Positions 17,909-28,561 of a stretch of 64,000 nt of DNA are shown one piece after another. The stretch is from assembly GCA_963843375.1 (NCBI GenBank), contig CAWJKT010000014.1, positions 160,001-224,000 of the forward strand. Reading direction: 5' to 3'. Made by a program: the position numbers and the translations under genes. This DNA comes from an uncultured Pseudomonadota bacterium. GTDB lineage: Bacteria; Oederibacteriota; Muellerivitia; Muellerivitales; Muellerivitaceae. Position 1 is the stretch's first letter. Each line of letters begins with the position of its first letter. Under the pieces are notes generated by a model. It was given only the letters and a program-made list of their open reading frames with translations. It was not told the origin of the DNA and made no database searches.

Positions 17909-18016
17909 GCGGATAGAATAACAGTCATGGGTTTAGCAGTTCACTATCCAAATCAAAGATGCCCTGGTAATATTCGAATAGAGGCGATTTGTTTGAGAGA
18001 ATCATTTTGACTGGAA

Positions 18017-18834
18017 TCAGCGCAAACTTAGCCAATAGATAAATCCAAGTTGAGGATAAAAAAGAACCGCCAGACAACCCGCGCAAAGAAAGGGCCCGTA
18101 AGGCATGGGCGATTGGCGGCTTAAGCGGCCGGACAATTGAAGCGACAGGCCCAAAAGGCCGCTGATGATGGATCCGATGAAAAGGCCGCCCATCATGCCC
18201 GGTCCCAACCCAAAACCATACCCAGGGCCGCCATCAATTTGATGTCGCCGCCGCCCAATGCGTCCTTTTTTAAGATAAGAGAGCCAAGCCATCCCATGGC
18301 ATAGAGAACTCCCCCGCCAACTAGGAATCCTGTCACCATGGTGCCCGCGCGTTCTTTCCATCCGGTGCCTAACCAGGGGTTGACATAGGCGGCAAATCCA
18401 AAGAGCGCCATTGCCGGAAGGACAATGCGATCCGGAAGTGTCATAGTCATGATATCGATGACGGATAAAAGGATACAGAAAGCCCCCAGGCCCAAGGCCC
18501 AAACCAAGCGAAGGGGATCGGTTTGAAAGTGCAAGAAAACAAAAGCGAAATATAATCCGGTGAAGGCTTCCACCGCCGGATATTGCCAGGAAATCGAATG
18601 GTCGCAATAGCGGCAAGATCCCCTTAAAAGTAAATAACTCAGCAGCGGGATATTGTCCCACCATTTTAAAGGAGTTTTGCATTGCGGACAGCGAGAAGGC
18701 GGCGACAGAATGGAAAGGTCCGCGGGAAACCTAAGGATGCAGACGTTTAAGAAGCTTCCGATGCACAAACCGATTAAGAAAAAGGCCGCCACCGGCAAGG
18801 TTTGAATGATGGATAAACAGATGTTGGGGTCCAT
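18017..18834 (-). CDS. pilD: Prepilin peptidase (A24), one frameshift near 18205
   Basis: GSFLNVCILRFP, SRCPQC, CRYC, GGGDIKL; the C-terminal PMPYGPFL lies in another frame. Confidence 0.88.
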
Positions 18835-18895
18835 TGAGCTCTCGCGCGTTTAGGATTGAACTTTGGATCAATGATCTCTTTGGTTTTTGATCTTT

Positions 18896-19213
18896 TTACT
18901 TGCGGCGGTCTTCGTGCGGGGGGTGGGGGGATTGCCCCTTGCGCCGGTCCTTGGAATAGAGCACGAAATTGTTATTGATCTTGCGGTAAACATCCTTACT
19001 TTCGGCATCCCAATAGAGGCCGTGGGTAATGGGTTTCAGGTGGATGGGCATGGCCTCGAATTTGGCGCGCCGGTCTTTGGCTACGGGCTGATGGCCTCGG
19101 CGGCGGTCATGGAGGACGAAAGTGAATTGGCTGCCTTGCTTTTTGAGGATGTGTTTTTTGACAGGATCAAAATAAAAGCTTCCGGTCAACTTGATATAGT
19201 TTGCTTCGGACAT
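18896..19213 (-). CDS. Small basic protein made of two repeats ending in DRR motifs
   Basis: GGAGG RBS before MSEANY; FYFDPVKKHILKK...HDRRRG vs LYWDAESKDVYRK...KDRRKG. Confidence 0.7.
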   Translation of the reverse strand: MSEANYIKLTGSFYFDPVKKHILKKQGSQFTFVLHDRRRGHQPVAKDRRAKFEAMPIHLKPITHGLYWDAESKDVYRKINNNFVLYSKDRRKGQSPHPPHEDRRK

Positions 19214-19476
19214 GGTTTCCTCCGGAAATCTCCCGCTATTGAAAAACATCCAGGTGCTTTCGTCAAGGCTTAGGACAGTCTTTCGCCCTGGTTATCTAGG
19301 GGTTTTAGGCATAAAACTAAAAAATCAGCGACAAATCGGTTTGAAAACCTGAAGAATTTACCAAAAGAAAAAGAAAGGAAGACGGAGATTCGCTGGTTTC
19401 GATTTTTTAATTTAGGTTGTTCTGAAATATCCGGATGTTATGGGTCGGCAGATGAAAGATAGGCCTTTTAAAAATC

Positions 19477-19869
19477 TCAGCTTTCGTCACTGGATGTGCC
19501 TGCTTCTTCGAGCCGGGTTTGCCAATATATGACTTCCTGTCGCTTGAAATTGATGAGCTGGTTGGCGTGCTGAATATCGGCGGGGGATTGCTGGGTTCCT
19601 TCCATAGAAGACAAGGCGACTTCGGCCTGGTTAACTTGGGAAGACAGGAAAGCGATTTTTTGCTGATGTTGAGATGATATTTCCTGGGTAGCTTTCGATT
19701 TTTGGATGGCGGCCTGGGCGGTGGCTTTGCTTTCCCGATCGACGGCGGCCACGAGTTGATCAATGGCTTGTAAAAAGGGTGCCGTGTCGCCATCGGCGGG
19801 TGAGGTGTTTTTCGTAGTAGAGGGTTGGAGGTCGGATAATAAAGTTGAGATTTGGTTTATGGAATCCAC
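19477..19869 (-). CDS. Hypothetical coiled-coil protein
   Basis: GAAGGAG RBS + GTG; Gln/Ala-rich helical sequence. Confidence 0.6.
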   Translation of the reverse strand: MDSINQISTLLSDLQPSTTKNTSPADGDTAPFLQAIDQLVAAVDRESKATAQAAIQKSKATQEISSQHQQKIAFLSSQVNQAEVALSSMEGTQQSPADIQHANQLINFKRQEVIYWQTRLEEAGTSSDES

Positions 19870-19970
19870 GGCTTCTGCTCCTTCAACAAACCTAACGGCA
19901 GAAGTGTTCGATACTTTAGGAGGCTATTTTAGGGGAAATTTAAGGAAAAGACCGTTTTCCTTTTCGGGGG

Positions 19971-22895
19971 TCAGGGTGAATCTTCCAAGGCTAAAGAGGC
20001 GTTTGTGCCATCGTATTTAAGGGACCGGGCTTGTTGGGGTTCAAAGGCAAAGCCGATAGGGTGCAGCTTAGAAACTAAAACCACTTGGAAGGTGCGTTTC
20101 TTCAGCATTTCCTTAAAAGAACCTTCCCTAATGCCCACTATCAAGGTTTTGGTGGCATCATTCCAATGGATGGGGATTTGCGAAGAAGCGCCTTTTTCGT
20201 AATCGTAAGTCAGTCCATCATCTTCATACAGGGTCAAGTCGCCATCGGCCCCTTCGTAAACGTAAAGAGTGATGGGATCCTGTGGTTTTTCGGCAATGTA
20301 TTGGAGTTCAGGGCCGAAGGGAAGTATGGAGCCCGCCCGGACGAAGAGGGGAATGGAGTCGTAAGGAGCGTCGACTTTCTGTAATCCGGAAGGCATAGGC
20401 TTGCCCGTCCAGAAGTCATACCAGATAGTTTTTTTGGGCAAATAAACATTACGGCTTCTCGCTTTATATTGAGTTATTGGAGCCACTAATAAGGCCCGTC
20501 CGAACATATATTCATCCGTAAGTTCTCTGGCAGTTTCGTCTTGGGGAAAATCCATGACCAAAGGTCGCATGAAGGTTCCGCCTTGGTTCGTGGCATTGGC
20601 GGCCAAGGAATATAGGTACGGGAACATCCGATACCGCAGACGGTCAAACTTGAGTTCGGCCTTGTAGGCATGGGAGGATTCGCCGCCAAGTGTCCACATT
20701 TCCCGGGGGCGCAGTTCGCCATGGACCCGCAAGAGCGGGCAGAAGGTTCCGAATTCGAACCAGCGGGTGTTCAACTCCCGCCATTCTTCCTCGTCCCGGG
20801 CTTTGGGATTTTTGGCTGAGAACTTGTTTTGCATGGTGTAGCCGGCGATATCGGATGACCAATAGGGCATGCCCGACAGGCTGAAATTGAGACCCGCGGG
20901 GATTTGTTTGGCTAAAACCGCCCAAGTGGAGGTGATATCGCCGGACCAGACGGAAGCCGCGTAACGCTGCTCACCGGAAAAAGCGGAACGAGTAAGAATG
21001 AAAACCCTCTGTCCAGGGGCGGAGGACCTTTGGCCCTCGTAAACCGCCTTGCTGTTCATCAGGGGATAGCCCAAGAGCATTCGCGAACCCGTGCCCATCG
21101 CCGTAGGGTTCATGTGGCTTTTCAGCGCTTCCAGGTTTGGCGGCGAGGGGGTCAGGTCGGGTTCGGTGGAATCCAGCCACCAGGCGTCGATCCCCTTTTT
21201 AAAAAGGTCCCGGTTGATCTGGTTCCAGAAGAGCGCGCGGGCGCCGGAATTGAAGGCGTCGTAGAAGGTGTAGGGAAAACCCAGCCAATCTTTCATGCCT
21301 TCCTTCAGGTTGGGCCCGAAAAGATAACCCTTTTCGTTCATGGATTTGAAGTTGTCCGTGCCGGTGTAGAACTTACTCCAGACTGAAATCATGACATGAG
21401 CGTGTCTGTCGTGGAGGGCTCTCACCCAGCCCTCGGGGTCAGGGAACCGGGATGGTTCAAAACGGTGGGAACCCCAGGTTCCATCGGCCCAGTAACGCCA
21501 GTCCTGTACGATGTTATCAAAGGGAATGAGACGCTTGCGGAAGCCGTTCACCACATCCAAGCTTTGTTGGGCGGTCTCATAGCGCTGCCGGGACTGCCAA
21601 AGTCCGAAGGCCCAGGAGGGCATCAAGGGTGCCTGACCGGTGAGGAACCGGTATCCGCCCAGGACCTTGTCCAATTCGGGCCCGTAAATAAAGTAGTAAT
21701 CCGTTCCGTCACCTACTTCGGACCAAAGGGAGGTGTCGCCGGAGGAGGCGGGTGTTTTCCAGGTAAAACGAAAGGTCGTGCCTTGTTCCGTCTTCCATTC
21801 GATCTTAAGCGCGTAACTTTTTCCGGCGGACAGTTTCACCTTGGCCCGATCATGGTCGGAAAGCCAGGCCTGCCGCCAGTGATCCATGACCAACCGGCCT
21901 TCCAGCCAGACTTTGATTCCGCCGTTCGAATAGCAGTCCAATTGATAGTCGCCGCTTTCAGGAGCCTTGAGAAATCCTTTCCAGACCCTGCTGGAGGCAT
22001 TCTGTTTTTCCTTAGCGGGTTTGTAGGCGATATTTAGGCTGGAATCCTGGGACGCCGGGGCGGAACCTTCCAGCGGACTAACGGTCAAACCTCCCGGCGA
22101 ATGATCTTTGTCCAACAGATACTCCGGGGGGATGGGGACAAAGTCCCTCAGATCCCCGAAACGGGTAAAGGAAGTGTTGTCCCAAAGGATGCCATAACCT
22201 TTACTGGAGACCAGGAAGGGAATGGCCGCATTGGTGTTGTGCTGCCACAAGTCCAGGTCATAGCCTTTCAAATCCAGCATTCCGAATTGGTTCTGGCCGA
22301 GTCCATAAAGGGATTCGTTGGGGTGGCTGAGCCATTGTTGGCGAATATGAAAAGTCTCTTCGCCCTGAACTTGGGCGGGTTCGATTTGGCGTTCCTCTTC
22401 CGTAAGAATCGAAAGCCCTTTGGTATCAAGGAAATGGACGTGGCCGGTGGAGCGGTCAATGAAGACGGTCAGATATTTTCCCTTGAGGTTCCACCCCTGA
22501 ACAGTTGATTCCAATGCGCATTCGATATTGGGAGTGGATTGGCCCACGATATCGATCGTCTTGCGATTGAAAAAATTACGGTCTTTGGCGAAAGCGACAC
22601 GGACAATGTCATCGGAAAAAAACTGGACATTGAGAAAGCCGCCCGGAAATTCAACGATGGCGCCGTTTGGTTGTTTTTCGGCCTGTTCGGATGCTTGGCT
22701 TGAAACGGAGATGAATCCGAGAGATAAAAGGATGAAGAGAAAAACGAACGATGCCTTATTTGAACTTTGACCCAAGTTTTCTTCCTTAGCCGCAACTTTT
22801 AAGATGTAGGGACGATCTTTTATAGCGAAAAATATCCTGAGGCGCCACGAATCCTTTGGATGAAATACTTTGAAACTGGGGCAAGAATGTTTCAA
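19971..22895 (-). CDS. GH31 alpha-xylosidase-like enzyme with PA14 insert, exported
   Basis: LYGLGQ, IVQDW, WWLDSTEP nucleophile, WSGDI, PA14-like insert (SNGGIKVWLEG), YEDDG; true start probably internal, before the signal peptide. Confidence 0.92.
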   Translation of the reverse strand: MKHSCPSFKVFHPKDSWRLRIFFAIKDRPYILKVAAKEENLGQSSNKASFVFLFILLSLGFISVSSQASEQAEKQPNGAIVEFPGGFLNVQFFSDDIVRVAFAKDRNFFNRKTIDIVGQSTPNIECALESTVQGWNLKGKYLTVFIDRSTGHVHFLDTKGLSILTEEERQIEPAQVQGEETFHIRQQWLSHPNESLYGLGQNQFGMLDLKGYDLDLWQHNTNAAIPFLVSSKGYGILWDNTSFTRFGDLRDFVPIPPEYLLDKDHSPGGLTVSPLEGSAPASQDSSLNIAYKPAKEKQNASSRVWKGFLKAPESGDYQLDCYSNGGIKVWLEGRLVMDHWRQAWLSDHDRAKVKLSAGKSYALKIEWKTEQGTTFRFTWKTPASSGDTSLWSEVGDGTDYYFIYGPELDKVLGGYRFLTGQAPLMPSWAFGLWQSRQRYETAQQSLDVVNGFRKRLIPFDNIVQDWRYWADGTWGSHRFEPSRFPDPEGWVRALHDRHAHVMISVWSKFYTGTDNFKSMNEKGYLFGPNLKEGMKDWLGFPYTFYDAFNSGARALFWNQINRDLFKKGIDAWWLDSTEPDLTPSPPNLEALKSHMNPTAMGTGSRMLLGYPLMNSKAVYEGQRSSAPGQRVFILTRSAFSGEQRYAASVWSGDITSTWAVLAKQIPAGLNFSLSGMPYWSSDIAGYTMQNKFSAKNPKARDEEEWRELNTRWFEFGTFCPLLRVHGELRPREMWTLGGESSHAYKAELKFDRLRYRMFPYLYSLAANATNQGGTFMRPLVMDFPQDETARELTDEYMFGRALLVAPITQYKARSRNVYLPKKTIWYDFWTGKPMPSGLQKVDAPYDSIPLFVRAGSILPFGPELQYIAEKPQDPITLYVYEGADGDLTLYEDDGLTYDYEKGASSQIPIHWNDATKTLIVGIREGSFKEMLKKRTFQVVLVSKLHPIGFAFEPQQARSLKYDGTNASLALEDSP

Positions 22896-22988
22896 TTATT
22901 TGGGTGAAAGGGGGAATTCCCCCGTGACCTTTTTCGGGATGGAGTTAATAATAGGCGCCTTCCCGATATCCCCTGTTTTGGAGGTTGG

Positions 22989-25106
22989 ATGCGATTCAGG
23001 AAAAAGTCTTGTGCTGCTCTTGTTGTCGTTTTATTGATTTGTTCTTTTTATCCAATGCATCCCATATTTGCCAAGGATTCCATGAAAACCTTTCATAACC
23101 CCATTATTTCCGGTTTCCATCCCGATCCGAGTATCGTGCGGGTAGGGGATGATTTTTACCTGACTAACTCCACCTTTGAGTATTTTCCAGGACTTCCTAT
23201 CTACCATAGCCGGGATCTTGTCCACTGGACCCTCATCGGCAATGCCCTGGATCGAGAGAGCCAGCTCCCCTTGAAAGGCGCCACTGATTATGGGGGGCTT
23301 TACGCCCCGACCATTCGCTATTGGAAGGGGCTTTTCTACCTGACCTGCAACAACGTTAGCGGCGGAAAAAACTTTATCGTCACCGCGAAGAACCCGGCGG
23401 GACCCTGGTCCGAACCCATGTGGATGAACGATGACGAAATCGACGGGTCCATGTTTTTTGACGATGATGGAAAGGCTTATTACACCCGGCATGGGGATGG
23501 GGAAAAGGGGGGGATCGCCCAAGCTGAGTTCGATTCGGCAACGGGAAAACTCACGACACTCATGAAGGTCATTTTTAACGACCTGAAGGAGTCCTGGAAC
23601 GAAGGGCCCCACCTTTACAGGATGAAAGGCCGCTATTACCTGATGCTGGCGGAAGGCGGCACCGGCGACCAGCATATGGAGGTCATTCATCGTTCCGATT
23701 CGCCCTGGGGTCCCTGGGAACCATGTCCCTATAATCCCATTCTGACCGAAAGGGACGATCCCAAGAGCCCCATCCAATGCACGGGCCATGCCGACCTGAT
23801 TGAGGCTCCCGATGGAACCTGGTGGATGGTCTTCCTGGGAGTCCGCCCTCAGAAGGGCAAATCGGTGCTGGGTCGGGAAACATTTCTGGCCCCCGTAAGC
23901 TGGACCTCCGATGGCTGGCCGGTAGTGAACGGGGACCATCATGTGGCGCTCGAAATGCCGGCGCCAGCCTTGCCGACCCAACCGTCGCTGAAGCCGACGA
24001 CCCGTTGGGATTTCGCAATGATCAAAAAACTAGGTCCGGAATGGATTAGGGTCCGCAATGGGAACCCCGCAGACTTGTCTCTCGAAGCCCGGCTAGGCTG
24101 TTTGAGGATTCTTTGCGCGCAGGATTCCTTGAGCAATAAGCTGGAGGAACCCGCCTTCGTGGGCCAGCGCCAGAGGGATTTCCGGTTCATGGCGAGCACA
24201 TCCATGGAATTCCGACCCTCCCAAAATGGGGAGGAGGCGGGTCTTTGTGTACGGGCCAATGACAATAACCATTACGAAGTCGGGGTGGAATGGGTCGATG
24301 GGAAGACCCAAGTTTTCGTGCGCAATACAGTCAAGGGCCTGGCCTACACCCTGGACCACCGCCGCCTGGACCAGAGCCATGTGGGCTTAAGGATCTCAGG
24401 GGACGAGGACCAATATCAGTTCGCCTGGTCCAAGGATGGAACCACATGGGAGACCCTGGGCGCGTCACCCTCGGAGGACCTTTCCCGGGAAATGGCGGGG
24501 GGCTTCACCGGGACGGTTATTGGGCTTTACGCTTCCTCCAACGGGAAGCCCTCTAAGGCCTTTGCCGATTTCGGGCGGTTCGGGATGGAGGATGGAAAAA
24601 CTTTGGAACCGGCCGCCCTTTTGCCTAGGCCCACGCCCATACCCCTGACTCCCTCCGATGTTTGGCGGATCCGCTGCGGTGGAAGTTCTTGGACCGACCG
24701 GTCGGGACACAAGTGGAGCGAGGATATCGGCTGGACCAGCGGTGATACCGTTGGCACGGGAAGTCCCATTGACGCTCCTCAAGACCGCGAGCTTTACGCC
24801 ACCGAGCGTTGGGGCGCTGAATTCAGTTACCGGTTACCCGTTCCGCCGGGCAAGTACCGGGTGACCCTCAAGTTCGCTGAATCCTACGTAAATCATCCGG
24901 GTGAAAGGGTTTTCGACGTTCTGCTAAACGGCAACAAGGTGTTGGACCATTTCGACATCCTCAAAGAGGCCGGAGCCATGAACAAGGGAATCGACCGGAC
25001 ATTTTCGGAAATCAAAATGAACTCGCCGGGGATTATCGAGATTCGTTTCGTGGCTTCGGTCCAGAACGCTAAAGTCTGCGCCATTGAGATTGTCCCGCAG
25101 AAATAG
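22989..25106 (+). CDS. GH43 beta-xylosidase/arabinofuranosidase with C-terminal malectin domain
   Basis: NPIISGFHPDPSI, YAPTIRY, EGPHLY, GHADL, GRETFL, GGFTG; malectin LYATERW...FAE...GERVFDV...AIEI. Confidence 0.93.
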   Translation: MRFRKKSCAALVVVLLICSFYPMHPIFAKDSMKTFHNPIISGFHPDPSIVRVGDDFYLTNSTFEYFPGLPIYHSRDLVHWTLIGNALDRESQLPLKGATDYGGLYAPTIRYWKGLFYLTCNNVSGGKNFIVTAKNPAGPWSEPMWMNDDEIDGSMFFDDDGKAYYTRHGDGEKGGIAQAEFDSATGKLTTLMKVIFNDLKESWNEGPHLYRMKGRYYLMLAEGGTGDQHMEVIHRSDSPWGPWEPCPYNPILTERDDPKSPIQCTGHADLIEAPDGTWWMVFLGVRPQKGKSVLGRETFLAPVSWTSDGWPVVNGDHHVALEMPAPALPTQPSLKPTTRWDFAMIKKLGPEWIRVRNGNPADLSLEARLGCLRILCAQDSLSNKLEEPAFVGQRQRDFRFMASTSMEFRPSQNGEEAGLCVRANDNNHYEVGVEWVDGKTQVFVRNTVKGLAYTLDHRRLDQSHVGLRISGDEDQYQFAWSKDGTTWETLGASPSEDLSREMAGGFTGTVIGLYASSNGKPSKAFADFGRFGMEDGKTLEPAALLPRPTPIPLTPSDVWRIRCGGSSWTDRSGHKWSEDIGWTSGDTVGTGSPIDAPQDRELYATERWGAEFSYRLPVPPGKYRVTLKFAESYVNHPGERVFDVLLNGNKVLDHFDILKEAGAMNKGIDRTFSEIKMNSPGIIEIRFVASVQNAKVCAIEIVPQK

Positions 25107-25168
25107 AACGGAAGCCGGTAAGGCCCATCAGCCGCTGGCCGAGGAAATTAATAAAACCATGAGTCAAT

Positions 25169-27454
25169 ATGACGGTAAGAAAGGAATCCTCTTTGGAAAA
25201 GTCCCTCGGAATTTTCTCCTTCATGAAGAATAAACGACGCCTTTTTTACTTCCTGGCTTCCTGGCTTTGTGTCGGGAGTTCGGTTTGTGCCGATAACCTG
25301 AAGTGGGAATCGGCGGCCACGAGGGCCAAGGTGGACAAGAAGGTCGCGTTAGTGGAGAAGGAAATTGAGAAGGGTTCCTTCAAGGACGACTGGGACTCCC
25401 TCAAAAAATATCAGATACCCGATTGGTACCAAGACGCCAAGTTCGGCATTTTTATGCATTGGGGCCTCTATTCGGTGCCGGGCTACGCCAACGAATGGTA
25501 CTCCCGCAATATGTACCAGCAGGGTGACGATGCCTTCAAATACCATGTGGCCACTTATGGCCCACAAAGCAAGTTCGGTTATAAGGACTTTGCGCCCCTT
25601 TTCACCGCCGAGAAATTCGATCCCGCTCATTGGGCCCATATGTTCAAAGAAGCCGGGGCTCAGTATGTGATTCCCGTAGCCGAGCACCATGACGGATTCG
25701 CCATGTATGACTCAGACTTTTCCCGTTGGACCGCCAAAAAGATGGGCCCCAAAAGGGACGTGATTGGGGAATTGGCAAAGGCCGTCCGGGCCGAGGGGCT
25801 GGTTTTCGGTTTGTCCTCACACCGCGCCGAGCATTGGTGGTTCATGAGCGGCGGCACCCAGTTTGATTCGGACGTCCAGGACCCCAAGTATGCCGATTTT
25901 TACGGCCCCGCCCGGAAGGACTACAGCGATCCGGATGATGAATATATGCGCAACTGGTTGGCCCGGTCCGCCGAGCTGGTGGATAAATACCGTCCGCAAG
26001 TCGTCTATTTCGACTGGTGGATCGGGGAAACTTCCGTCTTCGCGCCTTATTTGAAAAAATTTGCCGCCTATTATTACAACCGGGCCAAGGAATGGGGAGA
26101 AGGGGTGGTCTTGAATACCAAAGACAAGGCTTTCGTCCCCGGTACGGCGGTGCAAGACGTGGAAAAGGGCAAGCTTCCCGGAATCAATCCCGTCGCCTGG
26201 CAGACCGACACCTCCATCAGTTGGAGATCCTGGGCTTTCCTGAAGGATGACCAATTGAAGGATTCGGGATACCTTATCCGGACCCTCATTGACGCCGTCA
26301 GCAAGAACGGGAATCTCCTGTTGGATATCGGGCCGGCTCCGGATGGGACGATTCCCGAGGGCCAAGAGAAAGTCCTTTTGGAAATAGGGGATTGGCTAAA
26401 GGTGAACGGGGAGGCTATCTATGGCACCCGGCCCTGGATCGTCAGCGGGGAGGGTCCCACCCAGGAGGAAGGGGGCAAGTTCAGTGAAAAGGATCTGAAG
26501 TATCAGGAAGGGGACGTGCGCTTCACCCGAAAGGGAAACTCGCTTTATGTTCTTTCTATGGTCCCTCCCACCAAGACGATTAAAATTGCTTTGCTAGGAA
26601 AAAAGTCGGCTCCGGGCGTCTTCATACAAGAAGTTTCCCTTCTTGGGTCGACTGAAAAGGTGAACTGGGAAAGGCAAGACGATGGGTTGAGACTTGCGCC
26701 TCCCATCCAAAAGGCTGACCTGCCCGTCGTTTACAAGGTGTTATTGGAGGGGGCCCAATGGGGCGATTTGAAAATGGAAACGGCTTCCACTGGTTTTAAA
26801 ACGAAAGCGGTCATCCAGAATTACGGGGATAAAGAAACGGTGGAAGAGGCCAACCTGATGGTGAATGGGAAAAAAGTCTCTTCCCAATGGGTCACGGTCG
26901 AGGGGAAATCCACTTCCGTTTTTGAGACGCCATATGAAGCCCCGCAAGCGGGGGTCTATGAGGTTTCTTTAACTTCACCCGGCCAGGCGGCCTTATCCAC
27001 CTATGCGACTCTTCCGGCGATAGACCTTTCCGGGGAATGGCTATTCCATGAAAAGGACGATCCCGCCTGGTCCAAGACGGATTTGGAGGATAGTTCCTGG
27101 GAAAAAGTTAATATTCCCGGCAAATGGGAGAGCCTTGGTTATCAATGCGAGAATTGTTACGGCTGGTACCGCAAGCATTTGCTGATTCCCGAGCAATGGA
27201 AAGGGCATTCGATTATCCTGCCCTTAGGCAAGATCGACGACGCGGACATTTCCTATTTCAACGGGAAAGAGATTGGACGAATGGGGTCTTTTCCTCCGAA
27301 GTTTGAAACGGCATGGAATCAGGAGAGGCATTATGAGGTGCCCGGGGAATTGATTCACTATGGCAAGGATAATGTGGTCGCGATACGGGTTTATAACGGT
27401 CCGGGAGGGGCGGGTTTGTATGATGGACCTTTAAGTCCAATAGAAGTTAAATGA
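25169..27454 (+). CDS. GH29 alpha-L-fucosidase with C-terminal jelly-roll (galactose-binding-like) domain
   Basis: AKFGIFMHWG, EHHDGF, YFDWW, VSKNGNLLLDIGP, NGEAIYGTRPW; start possibly 25223. Confidence 0.93.
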   Translation: MTVRKESSLEKSLGIFSFMKNKRRLFYFLASWLCVGSSVCADNLKWESAATRAKVDKKVALVEKEIEKGSFKDDWDSLKKYQIPDWYQDAKFGIFMHWGLYSVPGYANEWYSRNMYQQGDDAFKYHVATYGPQSKFGYKDFAPLFTAEKFDPAHWAHMFKEAGAQYVIPVAEHHDGFAMYDSDFSRWTAKKMGPKRDVIGELAKAVRAEGLVFGLSSHRAEHWWFMSGGTQFDSDVQDPKYADFYGPARKDYSDPDDEYMRNWLARSAELVDKYRPQVVYFDWWIGETSVFAPYLKKFAAYYYNRAKEWGEGVVLNTKDKAFVPGTAVQDVEKGKLPGINPVAWQTDTSISWRSWAFLKDDQLKDSGYLIRTLIDAVSKNGNLLLDIGPAPDGTIPEGQEKVLLEIGDWLKVNGEAIYGTRPWIVSGEGPTQEEGGKFSEKDLKYQEGDVRFTRKGNSLYVLSMVPPTKTIKIALLGKKSAPGVFIQEVSLLGSTEKVNWERQDDGLRLAPPIQKADLPVVYKVLLEGAQWGDLKMETASTGFKTKAVIQNYGDKETVEEANLMVNGKKVSSQWVTVEGKSTSVFETPYEAPQAGVYEVSLTSPGQAALSTYATLPAIDLSGEWLFHEKDDPAWSKTDLEDSSWEKVNIPGKWESLGYQCENCYGWYRKHLLIPEQWKGHSIILPLGKIDDADISYFNGKEIGRMGSFPPKFETAWNQERHYEVPGELIHYGKDNVVAIRVYNGPGGAGLYDGPLSPIEVK

Positions 27455-27496
27455 GGTTTTATTGAATTCATAACGGATAAACCCAAGGGAGATGAA

Positions 27497-28540
27497 ATGA
27501 AAAACTTGAAATCGTCCATCCTTTTGCTTTTGGCCGTTGGGTATTTAATGGGGTGTGCCGGCAACCCGCAGGAAAAATATCCCATCAAAATCGGTCTTTC
27601 CATGGATACCCTCCGGGCGGCCCGATGGGCTCATGACCGGGACATTTTCACCCAGAAATGCAACGAGCAGGGTGTAGGGGTCCTGGTGCAATCGGCGGAT
27701 TCCAACGATGCCCTTCAAAATTCCCAGGCGGAAAATCTCCTGACCCAGGGCATCAAGTGCATAGTGGTCATTCCCCATAATGCCAAAAGCTCCGCCACCA
27801 TCGTGGAGTCGGCTCACAAGATGGGCGTGCCCGTTCTTTCCTACGACCGCTTAATCCTCGACAGTGACGTGGACGCCTATGTTTCCTTTGACAACATCAA
27901 AGTGGGCGAACTCCAAGCCTCAACGTTGGTGAAGATGAAACCCGCCGGTAATTACGTGCTCATGGGAGGCGCACCAACGGATTACAACGCCATCCTTTTC
28001 CGCAAAGGCCAGATGAACGTTTTGGATCCCTTGGTAAAAAAAGGCGACATCAAGATCGTCGGCGACCAATGGGCTGACGATTGGCTGGCGGTGAACGCGC
28101 TGAAGAAGATGGAGAATATCCTGACCAAGAACGACAACAAGGTGGACGCGGTAGTGGATTCCTATGACGGGACAGCTGGCGGGGACATCCAGGCTTTGAC
28201 CGAACAGGGACTGGCGGGTAAAGTCCTGGTATCGGGGCAGGACGCGGAACTGGCGGGCTGTCAGCGCATTATCGCGGGTACCCAAACCATGACCGTCTAT
28301 AAACCGGTGAAGTTCCTAGCGGCCAAAGCTGCGGATATCGCGGTGGCGCTGGCCAAGGGCCTGCCGTTGCCCCCTACCGATAAGATGACCAATAATGACA
28401 AGAGGGACGTTCCCAGCTATTTCCTGGACCCCATCCCAGTCACCAAAGACAATTTGGTTAGTACCGTCATCGCAGACGGTTTCCAGAAAATGGAAGAAGT
28501 CTACAAGGGTGTCCCAAAGGACCAATGGCCCCAAAGATGA
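27497..28540 (+). CDS. xylF: D-xylose ABC transporter substrate-binding lipoprotein
   Basis: Lipobox LMGC; KIGLSMD, RWAHDRD, SYDRLI, SFDN, GAPTDYNA, SGQDA, QTMTVYKP. Confidence 0.88.
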   Translation: MKNLKSSILLLLAVGYLMGCAGNPQEKYPIKIGLSMDTLRAARWAHDRDIFTQKCNEQGVGVLVQSADSNDALQNSQAENLLTQGIKCIVVIPHNAKSSATIVESAHKMGVPVLSYDRLILDSDVDAYVSFDNIKVGELQASTLVKMKPAGNYVLMGGAPTDYNAILFRKGQMNVLDPLVKKGDIKIVGDQWADDWLAVNALKKMENILTKNDNKVDAVVDSYDGTAGGDIQALTEQGLAGKVLVSGQDAELAGCQRIIAGTQTMTVYKPVKFLAAKAADIAVALAKGLPLPPTDKMTNNDKRDVPSYFLDPIPVTKDNLVSTVIADGFQKMEEVYKGVPKDQWPQR

Positions 28541-28561
28541 AAACTTTATAAAAGGATAATT

